Source: the human T2T-CHM13v2.0 reference genome, Homo sapiens. From it: DNA of 64,000 nt. The DNA is taken from NCBI RefSeq assembly GCF_009914755.1, contig NC_060929.1; one strand, given 5' to 3'. The position numbers and the translations under genes are program-made. Under the pieces are notes generated by a model. That model was not told the DNA's origin, did not search any database, and saw only the letters and a list, made by a program, of their open reading frames with translations. Each line of letters opens with the position of its first letter. The stretch's first letter is position 1. Shown here in pieces: positions 25,011 through 38,169 of this stretch.

Positions 25011-27725
25011 CTGCTTTGTCTAGACTGCCCCCAGTGAAAGAGACAACTGACAGTGTCACACTATCTCCTATGGAGGAGACGAAACTCAACAATAACATAT
25101 TTGGTCTGCTGTTCTGCTAATTATATTAATGTTTATCCATAAGAACTTGAATTTTACAGAGTCAAATAAGAGCAAAGTGTTAGGTTGGGGTGTTTTCCCC
25201 CCTTGAGGGGGCCTTAAAGGGTTAACTAGCCTTGAGAGGCCATTCCATGCACAGCACTAAGGGGCAAGCAGCAAAAACAAGTTCCCTTCTATGCTATTTC
25301 CCAGGATTTTAAAGGCAATGGTATCACTCATAACCAACTATGATAATAATCTTTAGAGACATCAGTGAACATCAGTATGATTAAGGCATAGAAAAGCCCA
25401 TAATTTGTACCTCCAGAGAAGAGAAAAAAATAATGGCCTACTTCTCAAAGCATATAAAGGATAAAGCGTTGTTTCTCCTCTGACAATTTCACATCACAAA
25501 GGGCTGCTCTGCCTCCGCTTTCCAGGGGCTTTCCCAGTATGTGCTCAAAGCATGAAGGATCCGAGGCAGGGACTCCTGTTGGAGGATAAGCTGCTGCTTG
25601 TGTTTCAGGCTCATCACGTTGAATCAGACTCTCTCTAAATGAAGCTGAGGCATTTCCTGGGGCGCGAAGCATGCTAAGATAGTCTGAAGCCAGGAAATAA
25701 TGATCTGTGCTTGTAAAGGAATTCTACTCAATTTAAGAAATGATTCCTAATGAGCTACCAGAACATGCCAACCTGCAACAGTCATGTCTGTGTGAGTAAC
25801 AGACACCAGGCACGGCCAACCTCACAGCCCAGGGCTCCTCCACTTGGGATGAAATTTGAAGGGAAACTCACAGGGGTTTGGGCAAGAGGAGAAGAATGTT
25901 CCTGTCCTTCCTGCAGAAGCAGTTGTGCAAAGGTCGCCTTAGTAGTCAAATTGTGGTGCTCAGGAAAATGTAGTTCCCAGATCAAATTATAAATCAGGAA
26001 ATGGAAGCATTTCCTGCAGCAGAGGCGGGTGATATACTTCTGTCTGGAGGGAAAATTGCAGTGATATGAAGTCTCCAAAAGGAAATACTAGGCTAATCAA
26101 CTCTCCTGGTTATTAAGCTAAATAGTGTTTAAAGTGAGCTTCATTCTTCACGTGCCCCATGATTTATGCAGACACATCCACGTTAATACTTCCCATGAAA
26201 CTCAAAATGAGATAGACACAGCAAAACCACCTCCTATAACTCGCCTGCCATGTAACCCAAAGTGTCAGCCTCAGCAGGTAAGCAGCCTTCTGCACCCCCA
26301 CTCCATGGGTGAATGCTGGCTGACCTGTCAACTTCCAAAGCTCGGCTATCCTCAGTGACCCCAGGAGCTCAGATTCCAGGCTTGGTAATGGTGGCGGTGA
26401 TTGAGTGGTAATCAAATGGTTGGATTTGGGCTCCAAAAGTCTTGTGATGAAAGTCTTTTGATGAAAATTGATGACACTTTTGAATGGTGTGCAGCTGCTC
26501 TGCTTGTACAGCTCTGAGATGCACGGGGCTGTTGGTGGTTGGCAGCTGTGGTCTCCACTTCCCGTAGAGAAAGTATCTTCACTGTGCAAGTGGTCCCGAA
26601 TCAGACCACACTGGGTTCTGGTGGTCTTGGCTCTCCACAGGGAGACCAGGAAAGAGCTTAGTCTACTCAGACATCCCCAAACCACATAAGCCCTAAAGTC
26701 TTCAGTGGACATTTTGATTGTTCTCTTGGTAGTTTTACATTCTTCACTTGAAACTACCTGATAAATTTCATATTTATTCATAAATATTTTACAGCTTAAG
26801 AAATCGCTACCTATCGACAACAATCCAAAGGCCTTACCAACAATTACACTTTCAAGCATGCTCGTCTATGGTTCATGAACCTGTGTGGCAATGAACTTAA
26901 GGCTCGCCTGCGGTCTTGGGCAAACTCATTTTTTTCTGCTGTAAATTATGGCATATTTCAACTTCTAATGCTAATTTCTTTCTCTTTCCTTACACTAGGT
27001 AAGTTTTTAACCTAAAATAATTTAAGAAATCATTGTCAACTCCTGAATCATGCTGAGAGATACCGGAGGGCATGAAAAATTTTTTAAAGGAGATAGTCTA
27101 AAAGTCATGTGTATTTTGTTTGAAATGGATTAGAATTTTTTTCTTTAGCAGTAGATTTATTTACTTAATTATGCTTTCCTTATTCTAGCTGGTTTATATT
27201 CATAGAAAGCAAACTACAAGGAGGACGACGATGACCTAAAGGCATCATTTTAGGGGGAAGCAACACTGGTTTTAAATAGACAAGTAGTCATCTTCTATGT
27301 GGGAAACTTATTTGTGATCACAGAGTTTGATTATCCTGAATTTCGTTTTCAAAATTCTTCACCTTTATTCATACAACACAGAGTTAGTAAATGTATATTT
27401 TAAGTTTCGTGTCAATAAAATGTTAGATTACGTGAAACTTTTAGCTACTCCATCTGGAAAAAAAAAGTAGCAAAGTTAAGCAGGAGAAAAATATTACCCT
27501 CACTTTAAAAAATGTAAATATATGTCCAATATAATCCATCTAAAACCATAATAATACATGGTATTTATTATGCTGAAATTCTATAATGAAATGTGAATGT
27601 ATTACCAACTGGTAATTCAAAGTAGTTTTCTTGTGCATGCCAAAGTAGCTCTAGCTAGATATATTATCAAATAGGACAAACAGATTTTTTAAAAGGCTAT
27701 AATAATAACTGTAAGAATTTACATA

Positions 27726-28057
<332 letters not shown>

Positions 28058-28849
28058 TCATTTCAAAGTACAGGAAAATAAAAGTTTGTTGGAGAGCATG
28101 AACTTTCTGTAGAAGGAGCAATTTTTTTTTTTTTTTAGTATTAAATATAACTGGTACAATAAGAAGATATTTTTATCTGATCCTCATTCTGGCATATCTC
28201 AGGTTATTTTTAAAAATTCCCTAATCTCTGTAGCTTTCAAAAGAAAGACAACATAAACAATTACATTATACTTTAATTCATTATTTCAAAAGAGCCTCAA
28301 GAGAGATATTTTTGGTTCCTCATGGGTATACATCAGGGATCAATCAGGGATCAGAGTGAGTGTGTGTGTGTGTGTGCGCCTATATCTCTTCCATTGTCCA
28401 TGCTTGTGCTTTGAGAAATAAAATAATATGAAGAACAGGCAATAACAGGATCAATACTTTAGCCACAGAGAGAGCTATTTTTCTTGAAGCAATTTCAGGA
28501 AGCACTTTCTACACTAAAAAGAGACAAACTAAGAAATAAAATCCCCGTAGCGTTAAAATTATAATAGATTTTTTTTTTTAAAGTGATCCAAAAACTCCTA
28601 AAGTGTGCTGAAGAAGGCAGGGATTTTGAGAGGCAAAGGTCTCTGATCTTGATCAGTTCTTAGTGTTTACAGATTAGAGCTCGTCTATGTCCCTGCATGT
28701 CGCATCCCTGCGATCCCAAAAAACATCAGGCAGGATGTGCTGCACATTGGCATGACCTATGTGAGCCATTTTTATTTTTATTTTTTAGATAAAATTGTCC
28801 CACAAACTTAAATAGCTATGGAATTAATTTTAAGAAAACTACTCGAATG

Positions 28850-29302
28850 GTTAAGTGTAGTTAAATCCACTGATTAAAATGTCAAACAAGTGATGATATC
28901 CATAGTTGGCATGGTATGAGGAAAAAGGACCTCATATGTATCGGTGGGTGGGGTCGGGGGGGGATAAACTGATAAAGCCTTTTTAGTTGGCAATGTAAAA
29001 GGACTTATCAAAATTTACATAAGCTTATTACTCCGCCGGGCGCAGTGGCTCACGCCTGTAATGCCAGCACTTTGGGAGGCCAAGGTGGGTGGATCACGAG
29101 GTCAGGAGATCGAGATCATCCTGGCTAACACGGTGAAACCCCGTCTCTACTAAAAATACAAAAAATTAGGTGGGCGCCTGTAGTCCCAGCTACTCAGGAG
29201 GCTGAGGCAGGATAATGGCATGAACCCGGGAGGTGGAGCTTGCAGTGAGCCGAGATCGTGCCACTGCACTCTGGCCTGGGCGAAAGAGCAAGACTCCATC
29301 TC

Positions 29303-29335
<33 letters not shown>

Positions 29336-29800
29336 TTACTCAACCCAGACTTTCCACTTCTCAGAATTGTGCTAAAAGAAATATTCATGTAAAACGATGT
29401 CCTTTACAGCATGGTCCCTAAAGGCAAAAATTGGTAACAACATACAAATTCATCAGTAGAAAAAAGTTTAAATACATTGTTGTACATCTGTCATAACAGG
29501 GAAAGATCTCTAGATTATATCGTTGAGTGAAAAAGACTATTTTCTCAACACCATGTACAGTATGATCTCACTTATAAATAAAATGCGGAAGTATCCATTT
29601 ACCTAAACCCACGTAAACCTAATGAAAAAATCTGGATGATAAACATCAAAATGCAGAAAGGGGACATTTCTGCAAAGGGAGTAGCATAGCAGAATTGGGG
29701 GTGTGAGTTAAGTGGTCTTTTTTTAACTTTATAGATTTCACAATTATAAACACAAATTTCACATGTGTTTGTATATTATGTGGACAATTAGGAAAAATTT
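28850..29800 (+). mobile_element. Old L1 (L1ME-like) 3' region hosting an AluY
   Basis: gggaaagatctctagattatatcgttgagtgaaaaa...atgtacagtatgatc; boundaries approximate. Confidence 0.6.
29034..29330 (+). mobile_element. AluY with 28-nt A tail and ~10-bp deletion after the linker
   Basis: gatcacgaggtcaggagatcgag..atcctggctaacacggtg; TSD core CTTATTACTC at 29024-29033 and 29332-29341. Confidence 0.95.
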
Positions 29801-30821
29801 TAAGAGACCAAAGCAATCCGTGTTTTTAAGTGTTATAAACATAATCAGTATCTTCCTATAGTACTTGAGGGAAGATCAAAACATTTCCAGACTTGGATTT
29901 GCCATTAACTTGCGGTGTTGATTAGAGCTGGTACAAGCACTACTATCTCTATTTTGCAAATACCACTGACGATAACAGAGTTTTGGTTTGCTGCTTCTAT
30001 TAACCAGAACTTGAACTCACCTCATCTGGTTCTATCAGATGCTAAAGTGACTTGGTGACAGCCTTCACCTTTTAGATGCAAGTTAATCAAATAAATCCTG
30101 TCATCACATGGCCCTCTTCTGGTCCCTCAAACTTTTAGTCATTAATAAACATATTCTTCTTGTGGCACTAGCTTCCCTTGAATCAAAGGGTCAATGGAAA
30201 TGATGGTCTTCTATTTTTTCTCAAAGTGTCCAGGGTGGAGTGAAGAAGCAAATCCTCTGCCCAAGGCCTTCTGCCGGGCAGGTGTACTTCATTTCTGAGT
30301 TTGCTCATCTTCCTTTGTCCACTGTGCAAATCTTTTTTAGTGGGAAGCCAACATGAGCTTCCTCAGCTGTTACTTCTCCCTAAATTACTGCCACTAGCTT
30401 AAATCCTAAAGTGACTTAAATCCTTTCTATTAGTTTTCCTGATTTACAATCATGCCATCTATTTAAACAAGTAGAAGCACTCCCCAGATATAATCTCTTT
30501 ACATTCTAATTTCCTTAAAACAGATGTGAACTTTGTAATAAGTACAGATTGAAAATTAAATTCACATTTGATCCATAGAAGTATTCTTAAAAACTCCAGT
30601 AACAAAAAGAGTCATTTGTCAAACATGTCTCTCCTTTATCACTGTCTAACTCTTGGCAATCACACATACTTTAACACCCTTCTCTTAATTCTCAAACTCA
30701 TTTTCACTTTATTCACCTCTCTTGGAAAAGAATTCCTTTATCACTTAGGAAATGCAACCCATTTATAGAGACAAAGGGAAACCTGTTATTCAAGCTCTTA
30801 TACACTTACCATTCCACTATG

Positions 30822-31011
30822 TAGAATCTGTGTCTAATATAATAGTCACTAGCCACTTGTGGCTATTTAAATTAAATTGAAAATTAACTGCTCAATCTCA
30901 CTAGCCATATTTCAAGTACTCAATGGCCAAATTTAGCTGCTGTCAATAGAATTGGATGCCACAGATACAGAATATTTTCATCCTTGCAGAAAGTTATTTT
31001 GAATAGCCCTG
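30822..31011. mobile_element. MER3-like hAT MITE
   Basis: gtcactagccacttgtggctatttaaatt...cactagccatatttcaagtactcaat...tgcagaaagttattttgaatagccctg. Confidence 0.8.
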
Positions 31012-33199
31012 ATCTAGATGTTTCAACTATGATAGCGGCTAGACCCTTGAGCGAACTCAAAACGTTAATAGCAAGAAAAAAAAACTAAATATTGGGAAAG
31101 AAGAAACTGTATTAATTATGAATGAAAGCAACAAACAAATTCACTGTGCCTAGGAATAAGTAAATAAATTTCCCCAAGTAAACAAATGTTCTCCAAATCT
31201 TAACTTCTATTTAGCAATCCAACTCTCCCAAGCATTACATAGACTGGCTGGATGATAACATTTTTGGATTCTGGAATAATCTTCTACAGATTTTCAGAAT
31301 TATTTTTTCAAATAATATTTATGAAGCTGCCAACCTGTTTCTTCTACTTAGGTAGAACCAAGTTTGGAAAGCTTGGACAGACAGGAAAGAGGGATGTCTC
31401 CAATTACATTAAAATCCTTTGAATGGGGAGCCAATCTCACATCTTCCCATGGCAAGTAGGAGGCCAGCTCTCTATTTGCCAAGTATCTGTTCATCTGCTT
31501 GGCTACTGCTTCCCCATGAAATCGGCCTGAAACCTTCCTCTCCCTACACACAGCACCGCAGAGTTCATCCCTCCTGGTGTTCAACTACCCCTTCCTGTGC
31601 ATACGTCCACAACTGTGCACATCCCACTGTATTCTAATCACTTACTTACCTGCCTGTCCTCCTCATGAGCTCCTTGGGGAAGGAAAGTGGGTGACTCTTA
31701 TTTTTATTCACAGAACCTAGCACTGTTCAACACATAGAAAGTTCCTAGGAAATATTTATCAAACTGAGCTGAGGAAATGGGACACAAAGTTGTAAACCTA
31801 CTTTTCACACTAACACTGCCTCTAAATCTTCCAGTCGGGAGTATTTAAGGAACAATCAATATAATCTTTGTTACTGTCTGCATTTAATTTGCAGACATTT
31901 GAATTAATTTGAAATATTAGCAGGAGATCTTCGGGGCTGCAATCCAATTGGCTATTGTTAGACTAGGAGTATTTTGCTTTCTTTACTATAATAGTTTCTT
32001 AATTTACTGGGGAAAAAAATTAAGATATTCTCCAAGCCAGAACAGACTAATTAGTGAAACTGCCAAGTAAAATAAACAATGTTCAATCAGAATTCTTTAA
32101 TTTTTTTCAAAATATACAAATAGATCATGGAATGATAAAATTAGGATTTGATGAGCCAAAACACAATGAAAAGTGCCGTCAATATTTAAGACTCAGATAA
32201 AATACTCATTCTCCCAAGTATCTCCAGAAAAATGGCAACTGTTTTTGTTTCTAAGAAATTTGACTTTATAAAATGGGCAAATGCTCAAATTTCAAAAGAG
32301 AAGCTTGAAATTGTCATATATTACTAAAAGATTATTTGTTCATATGTCTCTGCTCTTGAAACCAGAACTGTAATAATCTTGATCAAAATATTAATATTAG
32401 TCATCAAAATTTAAGACATAATAACTCAGCACTAAATGCAAGTTCTGAAATTAAAAAAAAAAATCATTTCCTGACCAGGAAATGCATGGTCTTTTTGAGT
32501 GTTTATACTGAGGGCAAGAAAGTCAACTGGACTTTTTTTCCTTTCCAGGTTGGATTGGGAGCTAACTGGCTCTTTTATTTTGCATCTCCCCTTTTAATAT
32601 CAATGGAACACCTCATTTTATATCATTCATGCTGAAAGACAGAATAAACACTGTCTTTGAATGTGTTAAGGGATTCAATTTGTGGATCAATTTTGTGATT
32701 CTTCTTTATTAGAGCAATGCCCTAGAGATTATATTTGAATAAAGATTTAGAACTTCCAAATGCTTTCATATGCATTATCACATTTCATGCAAACTGTTCA
32801 TATACATGATTAGCTCAATTATTCCGGCAACATCTCTTCAGTTTATATATTATTCAAAACATTTCATTCTTTTATTTTTTTCTTTCTGGCCTGAAATTTG
32901 ATCATTTTCTTTCCTATTAGACTTGTACTAGTGAGAAAGGAGGAAAGAAAAAAGTAAAAAAAAAAAAAATCATGCTGACAATATTTTAAACATTTATAGA
33001 ATTCTTTTAGAAAAAATGACTGAATATATTAAAATTGCTAGTCAAATTAAAGCTCTAGTAAGTAGAGGCATTAAGTTGAAGTGATCTCAAAGTTATTCAA
33101 TGTTTCCAACTTAATCAAATATACTTAATCTACAACTTCTAATTAATAACATAATTGTTTTATAATCATTATTTCCTTTATTTAGACTTGCATGGTTGG

Positions 33200-33445
33200 A
33201 ATTATCCTTTGCATTTTTATAGGTGAGAAAACAGAAGTATGGAGGGATGAAGGTGACCTGCCCTGGCAGAGGCCCAGATTGGAAACCAAGTCTCTTGATC
33301 CCAAGCTTAGCATCCATCCGCTGAAGCTGGTAGTCCTCAAGCTTCAGCATGCATCAGAACCTCAGAGGGGCTGTAAAACCCAGATGGCTGGGCCCCACCC
33401 CTGATGTTCCTAATTCAGTAGATCTGGGTGGAGCCTGTGCATTTC
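33200..33445. mobile_element. MIR fragment followed by MER5A-like fragment
   Basis: tttataggtgagaaaacagaag; gcatgcatcagaacc..agggg..taaaacccagatggctgggccccaccc..aattcagtagatctggg. Confidence 0.7.
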
Positions 33446-34240
33446 TGCCACATCAGAGCAGGAAAATGCTCCCAATGCCGTGGTACCTCCCCACAGCCAC
33501 CCACACTGCTCTACCCCTCGCCGACTGGTCACCATCGCGATGCCTGTGCACCTCACACACGCCACATAAATGCTGCATGATTGGCTTCCGTTTTCTCACA
33601 GTACTAGGGAACAACAGATGGGTCAAAGGAAACACCGAAGTAACGTTTTTGTAGGGTTTATTTTAGCTAAAATGTTCGATACTTTTTCTCTTCTAAGTCA
33701 CTGAGTTTATTAAGTAAAACAAAGAGACACAGGCCAGCAAGGAAAACTGTTCCCAAGTCCCTAACCTTCCAAGGGGTCCCTTTCTGCCCTTAGAGAATCT
33801 GCACAGTCATCATGATGTAAGACATCGAGATGTCTGTCCTCTCCCCAAACGCACAATACAGTACCGCCATTTGCATCAGCCAGGACTTCCCCAGCTTTGT
33901 AAAGGGAAACTGGTTTGCTCTCATTCCTTAGAAATAAATTACTATCCTTATATCACTCACTCCAAATAATTTATTCAACCCTTCCTCCTTTCTTTAAGTT
34001 GCACAATATCTCACTTTAAATGGGCATTATCCTGTTAATTTTTTTTCAAACTACACGGGAATATAGATGCTATGCTTTCTTAGAAAAGCAGCCCAATTGT
34101 GACCCGCAGCTAATTCATTAACAGGAGAACTGAGATAAGTCAATCCACAACATTCTCTATTAGATCCGAATGGTGAAAACGTAATCGCTGAAAGAAATGG
34201 ATTACTGACAGTGTGTTAACGTTGAAGGTCATGGTCTTAC

Positions 34241-34433
34241 CTATGCACACTAGATCCATAAAACCATACATTCCATAGCAGATCTGAAAAAGGATGTCCT
34301 TCCTCTGCCACACTGCATAGGGGCTGAAGGCTGACCAGAGGAGCCAAGTCACACTGGCTATTAAGAACAGGGATCCTAGGATTACAGCAATCATCTGAAC
34401 TTTCTCAACCAGTGTTATAGAAATGCTCTGCCA
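34241..34433 (-). CDS. MARCHF11: MARCHF11 penultimate coding exon (193 nt) encoding the two transmembrane helices
   Basis: acceptor ctctgtttttcttttag|TGG at 34434/34433, donor ATAG|gtaaga; [64 protein letters not shown](G), the MARCH4/9/11 TM signature; in frame with the terminal exon. Confidence 0.96.
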
Positions 34434-35863
34434 CTAAAAGAAAAACAGAGGCATGTAAGAAAGGAGCTGTGTATAATTAAAAAAGAAAAAAAAAACATTT
34501 TCAGTCCTGTGTTTCTTTTCATAATGTTAGACCCTTTGAAATCTGATGAGACCCCAAATGAATTTTTTCATTTCATCCAGGCTATAAATAATAGAGAAGC
34601 AGATAAAGATTAATGACTTGCCTTAACTTCATTATTTTCAGTAATTCACCATTCTGTAAGTTTAATCTAGTTTGATTCCAGATAATAGTACTGAGTGTGA
34701 ATGGCTAAGGAATATTTAGTATCTGGAAATCACATTATTATCTTTCATGCATGCATGAAATTAAATACACTCTGAACATACATGGTGAGAACTTCTCTAT
34801 CTGGTAATTTAGTTTGCTCTTAATACATTTGGCTACTGCAAAAAGAGGGAACTGTCTCTTGTTTTTGTAGAAAAAAATGTAAAAAGCAAATAAGTTATAT
34901 AAGAACATCACTGAAAAAGTCATTTAAGATAACACACTAGAATAATCATAAGAGAAGTATAAAATTGTACATTATCTGTTATTGGTACATTCCATATACT
35001 CAGATATTACTGACTTTTTATTATCTAATGGGTAAGCCATGAAGTATTTTTGTCAAGATTTAGAATTTGTACCTACATGAAGTATCTTTGAAACTCACAA
35101 CCATTTTCAGCATGTACGCTTCAGTGGGGCAAATAATTTGGTGCCCTAAGTATCAATATTCAAAAGAATTTACAGTACAAATGATCAAAAATCCTTCAAG
35201 ACTGCTATTGACTGGAGAGAATTAATTAATCATATTCTCACTTTTGCATAATTGAAGCAGAAACAAAACAAGAATTGTTATTAAGGTTTGCCAGTAAACC
35301 ATGAAACTCAAAACAACCCGCATAATTTACTCATCCTGTGTGGAAGAGCTCTGGCTATGGCAACATATGGCTTCTCAGAAGAATTCTTAAACAGTTTTTT
35401 AAATCTTTAAAAAAATGAGCTTAAGCAGCCAGTGTCCATCGGATCAGTCTGAAATTTCGTCAAACCCTTTACTTACCTTCAATCTGAACTTATGCATCCC
35501 CAAATGGCAAGTTTATGACACTGATCCTCTCTCCCTCATTGTCTGTCTCTCTGTCACTCTCTCTCTCTCATACACATACCATAAATAAATAATTTACATG
35601 TAACATTTTTAAGTATGTATGTGACCTTGCATATTCATGATACTATTAAATTCTACATTTGTTAAAGATTAAATACCAATGTACATTTGAAATATTTCAT
35701 TCTCTAAAGTCAATTACCTTATTTTTGTTTTAAATAACAGAACCGAACAACACTGTTTGGTGAAATACTGTGAGAAAGAGATTGCCATTCATTTTAATGT
35801 AAAGATTAATTTAGTGAGAAATGGTTTGTGCTTTTACAATTCCGAATGAATAATAATTAAACT

Positions 35864-36111
35864 ATTTCATAAGTGGGAGTTGAACAATGAGAACACATGG
35901 ACACAGGGAGGGGAACATCACACTGGGGCCTGTTGGTGGGTGGGGAAAAAGGGGAGGGAGAGCATTAGGACAAATACCTAATGCCTGAGGGGCTTAAAAC
36001 CTGGATAACGGGTTGATGGGTGCAGCAAACCACCATGTATACCTATGTAACAATCCTGCACGTTGTGCATCTGTATCCCAGAACTTAAAAGTAAAATAAA
36101 ATAAAATAAAA
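35864..36111 (+). mobile_element. Heavily 5'-truncated primate L1PA 3' UTR with TSD
   Basis: cataagtgggagttgaacaatgagaacacatggacacagggagggg...cccagaacttaaaagtaaaata; TSD AATAATTAAACT at 35852-35863 and 36112-36123. Confidence 0.95.
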
Positions 36112-36181
36112 AATAATTAAACTGGTTGATATTATTTTGTCATTACAAATGAATCAAGGCTGTATTCCAAGATGTGTCTGA

Positions 36182-37130
36182 AGTTGTTTTGTTCCTAGTT
36201 TACTGACATAATTTTAAGTACATTTATTCCAAACTGCCAGGCCTTCATATCTTTAACCATTTTAAATCTGGTGTCACCAAACAGATATGAAGTGTCAGTA
36301 TCTCTTGCTCTTGTTCAGTTTTGATACTCACTAAAATTTGTTTTGAATGCAATATGGTGAGCAACGAAGAAAATCGCTATCAACCATCCTAAATGGGCGC
36401 TACCATGTCTATACACGTTACTTTACCCTTTAGCAATTTATTAGTCACATCAGATAGATGAAAAACAAAGCATCCTTTAAGTCCATGAAGCGTGTTTGTG
36501 TGTGTGTTTGACTTTCATATGGTGGGCCGCATGTTCGAAATGTGTATGCCGGAACTGGAGGAGTCCTAGGTAACCAAAGGGGAGTAACAAGGATTCACCA
36601 AGAAGAGACTTTACTGATATCTATTTTCTGTTTGGCAATAAGTCTATGATGTAATCTTAGGGGAGTAAATTTGAATAGCTCAAAACTGCATAATGAATTA
36701 TATTTGGCTTCAATTAGGCCTACTAATTAATTGATCCAAGCCTCCTTGCATGATAATTCACCGTGGTGTCTGTAGACATAGTGTGGCTAGGCCCTACTGA
36801 ATGCTTGGATTTGGCAGGATGGAAGTGATGGTTGGATGCACTGGCTGTAGTGTTTCCTGGGACCCAGGAAATCAAGTGGCCATGCACTGACCCTGAGGTG
36901 CCATCCTCTTCCATTTTCTGTATGGCATGCTTCTGACACATGAGGTGTGGCTGCTTCTAGGTGAGGAGGGTGAATGAATGAAGGGAGAGGCTCACCAGAA
37001 GCAAGAAACAGGGACGCTTCACGCTTGTTTTGGTGACAGCAAATTTAAATTTGTGTACAATTCAAATGCTTGGCAGTTTGGAATGAATGTGTTTAAGATT
37101 ATGTCCGGAGGCAAGGAAAAAAAGAACAAC
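36182..37130. repeat. Decayed long inverted repeat (arms ~36182-36310 and ~37000-37130)
   Basis: gapless hand alignment of 36205-36281 to the reverse complement of 37029-37105: 60/77 identical. Confidence 0.8.
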
Positions 37131-37851
37131 CTTTGATTACAGTACACTGGGAAGCTTAACTATTCACTATCATCATAGAAATTATTTTTGTTGTAAATAT
37201 AAGAAGTAATTTGGGATTTTTGAAGATTATTTTTTAAAGAAGGTTAAATTGTACAAAATCTATAGTGAGCTCCCTGAAATTTTTTTTGGTTTTATATCTC
37301 TCTGCTAATAATGCAAATATGCAAATGTGTTTACAAGTAAACAGACGTTCCTCATATACTGATGAACCTTAAAATTAACATCATTTTTGAATAATTAATG
37401 AAGACACATCATTACTGAAACCAAAATTACTAAACTCAATTATAAACACAGGAATTTCCCTTTGAAGACAGCTATCATCTTGGTAATTTCTCTGCCCACT
37501 ATATACGGTGCTTTCTTACATCTACCATTATGTGCAAAAAGGAGGGTTGTTCTCATTCTTCCGCTAGAAGAAATAATTCTGCCTTCGACCAGTAGAAAAC
37601 ACTCACCCAGTGTCCTTGTCCTTGGAGGGTGTGCATTATCTAATGGGTTCAGCCTGAAGGAGCTGTGTTAATGGGCCATTTGCTTCGATGATAAAAGTAG
37701 AAAATAAGTCTCGTGGGACTTCTCTCTCTATCCCAATGTTATATCCATAAGTTTTGGAAATAATCCAAAGGCCAGGATTTAAGTTTGTGAGATTATTTCC
37801 AAAACTTTTCAGTGAAATATTTCACTGTCTCCTCTAAAGAGATACATAGGA

Positions 37852-37901
37852 GTGTGTGTGTCTGTGTGTACGTGTGTGTGTGTGTGCGCATGTGTGTGTG
37901 T
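37852..37901. repeat. imperfect (TG)n microsatellite
   Basis: direct reading. Confidence 0.9.
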
Positions 37902-38169
37902 TGCATTTAACTTTCTTCCCACATTTGGAAAGAAAAGTAATATAACAATAGCCAGATTGGCTCTAAATAGTTGCTACTGCTTTCTTTCTTTCCGTAATAG
38001 TTGAATATGTGTGATTCTTTCATATTCCTGAAAAGCTGTTTACTTCTACAAAATAAACAATTTCATGTACTGTTTCCAGCAAAAGTGGGACCAACTGGCA
38101 CCTCTTTTGAAAGCTCACCCTCATTTAGTGCACTAGAAGAAGTAATTTAGTAATTTACTAAATTTAATA

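Noticed and set aside
34140-34394. ORF-track 84-aa protein as a stand-alone gene
   Set aside because: It is the MARCHF11 TM exon read through its donor into intron; the true exon is 34241-34433
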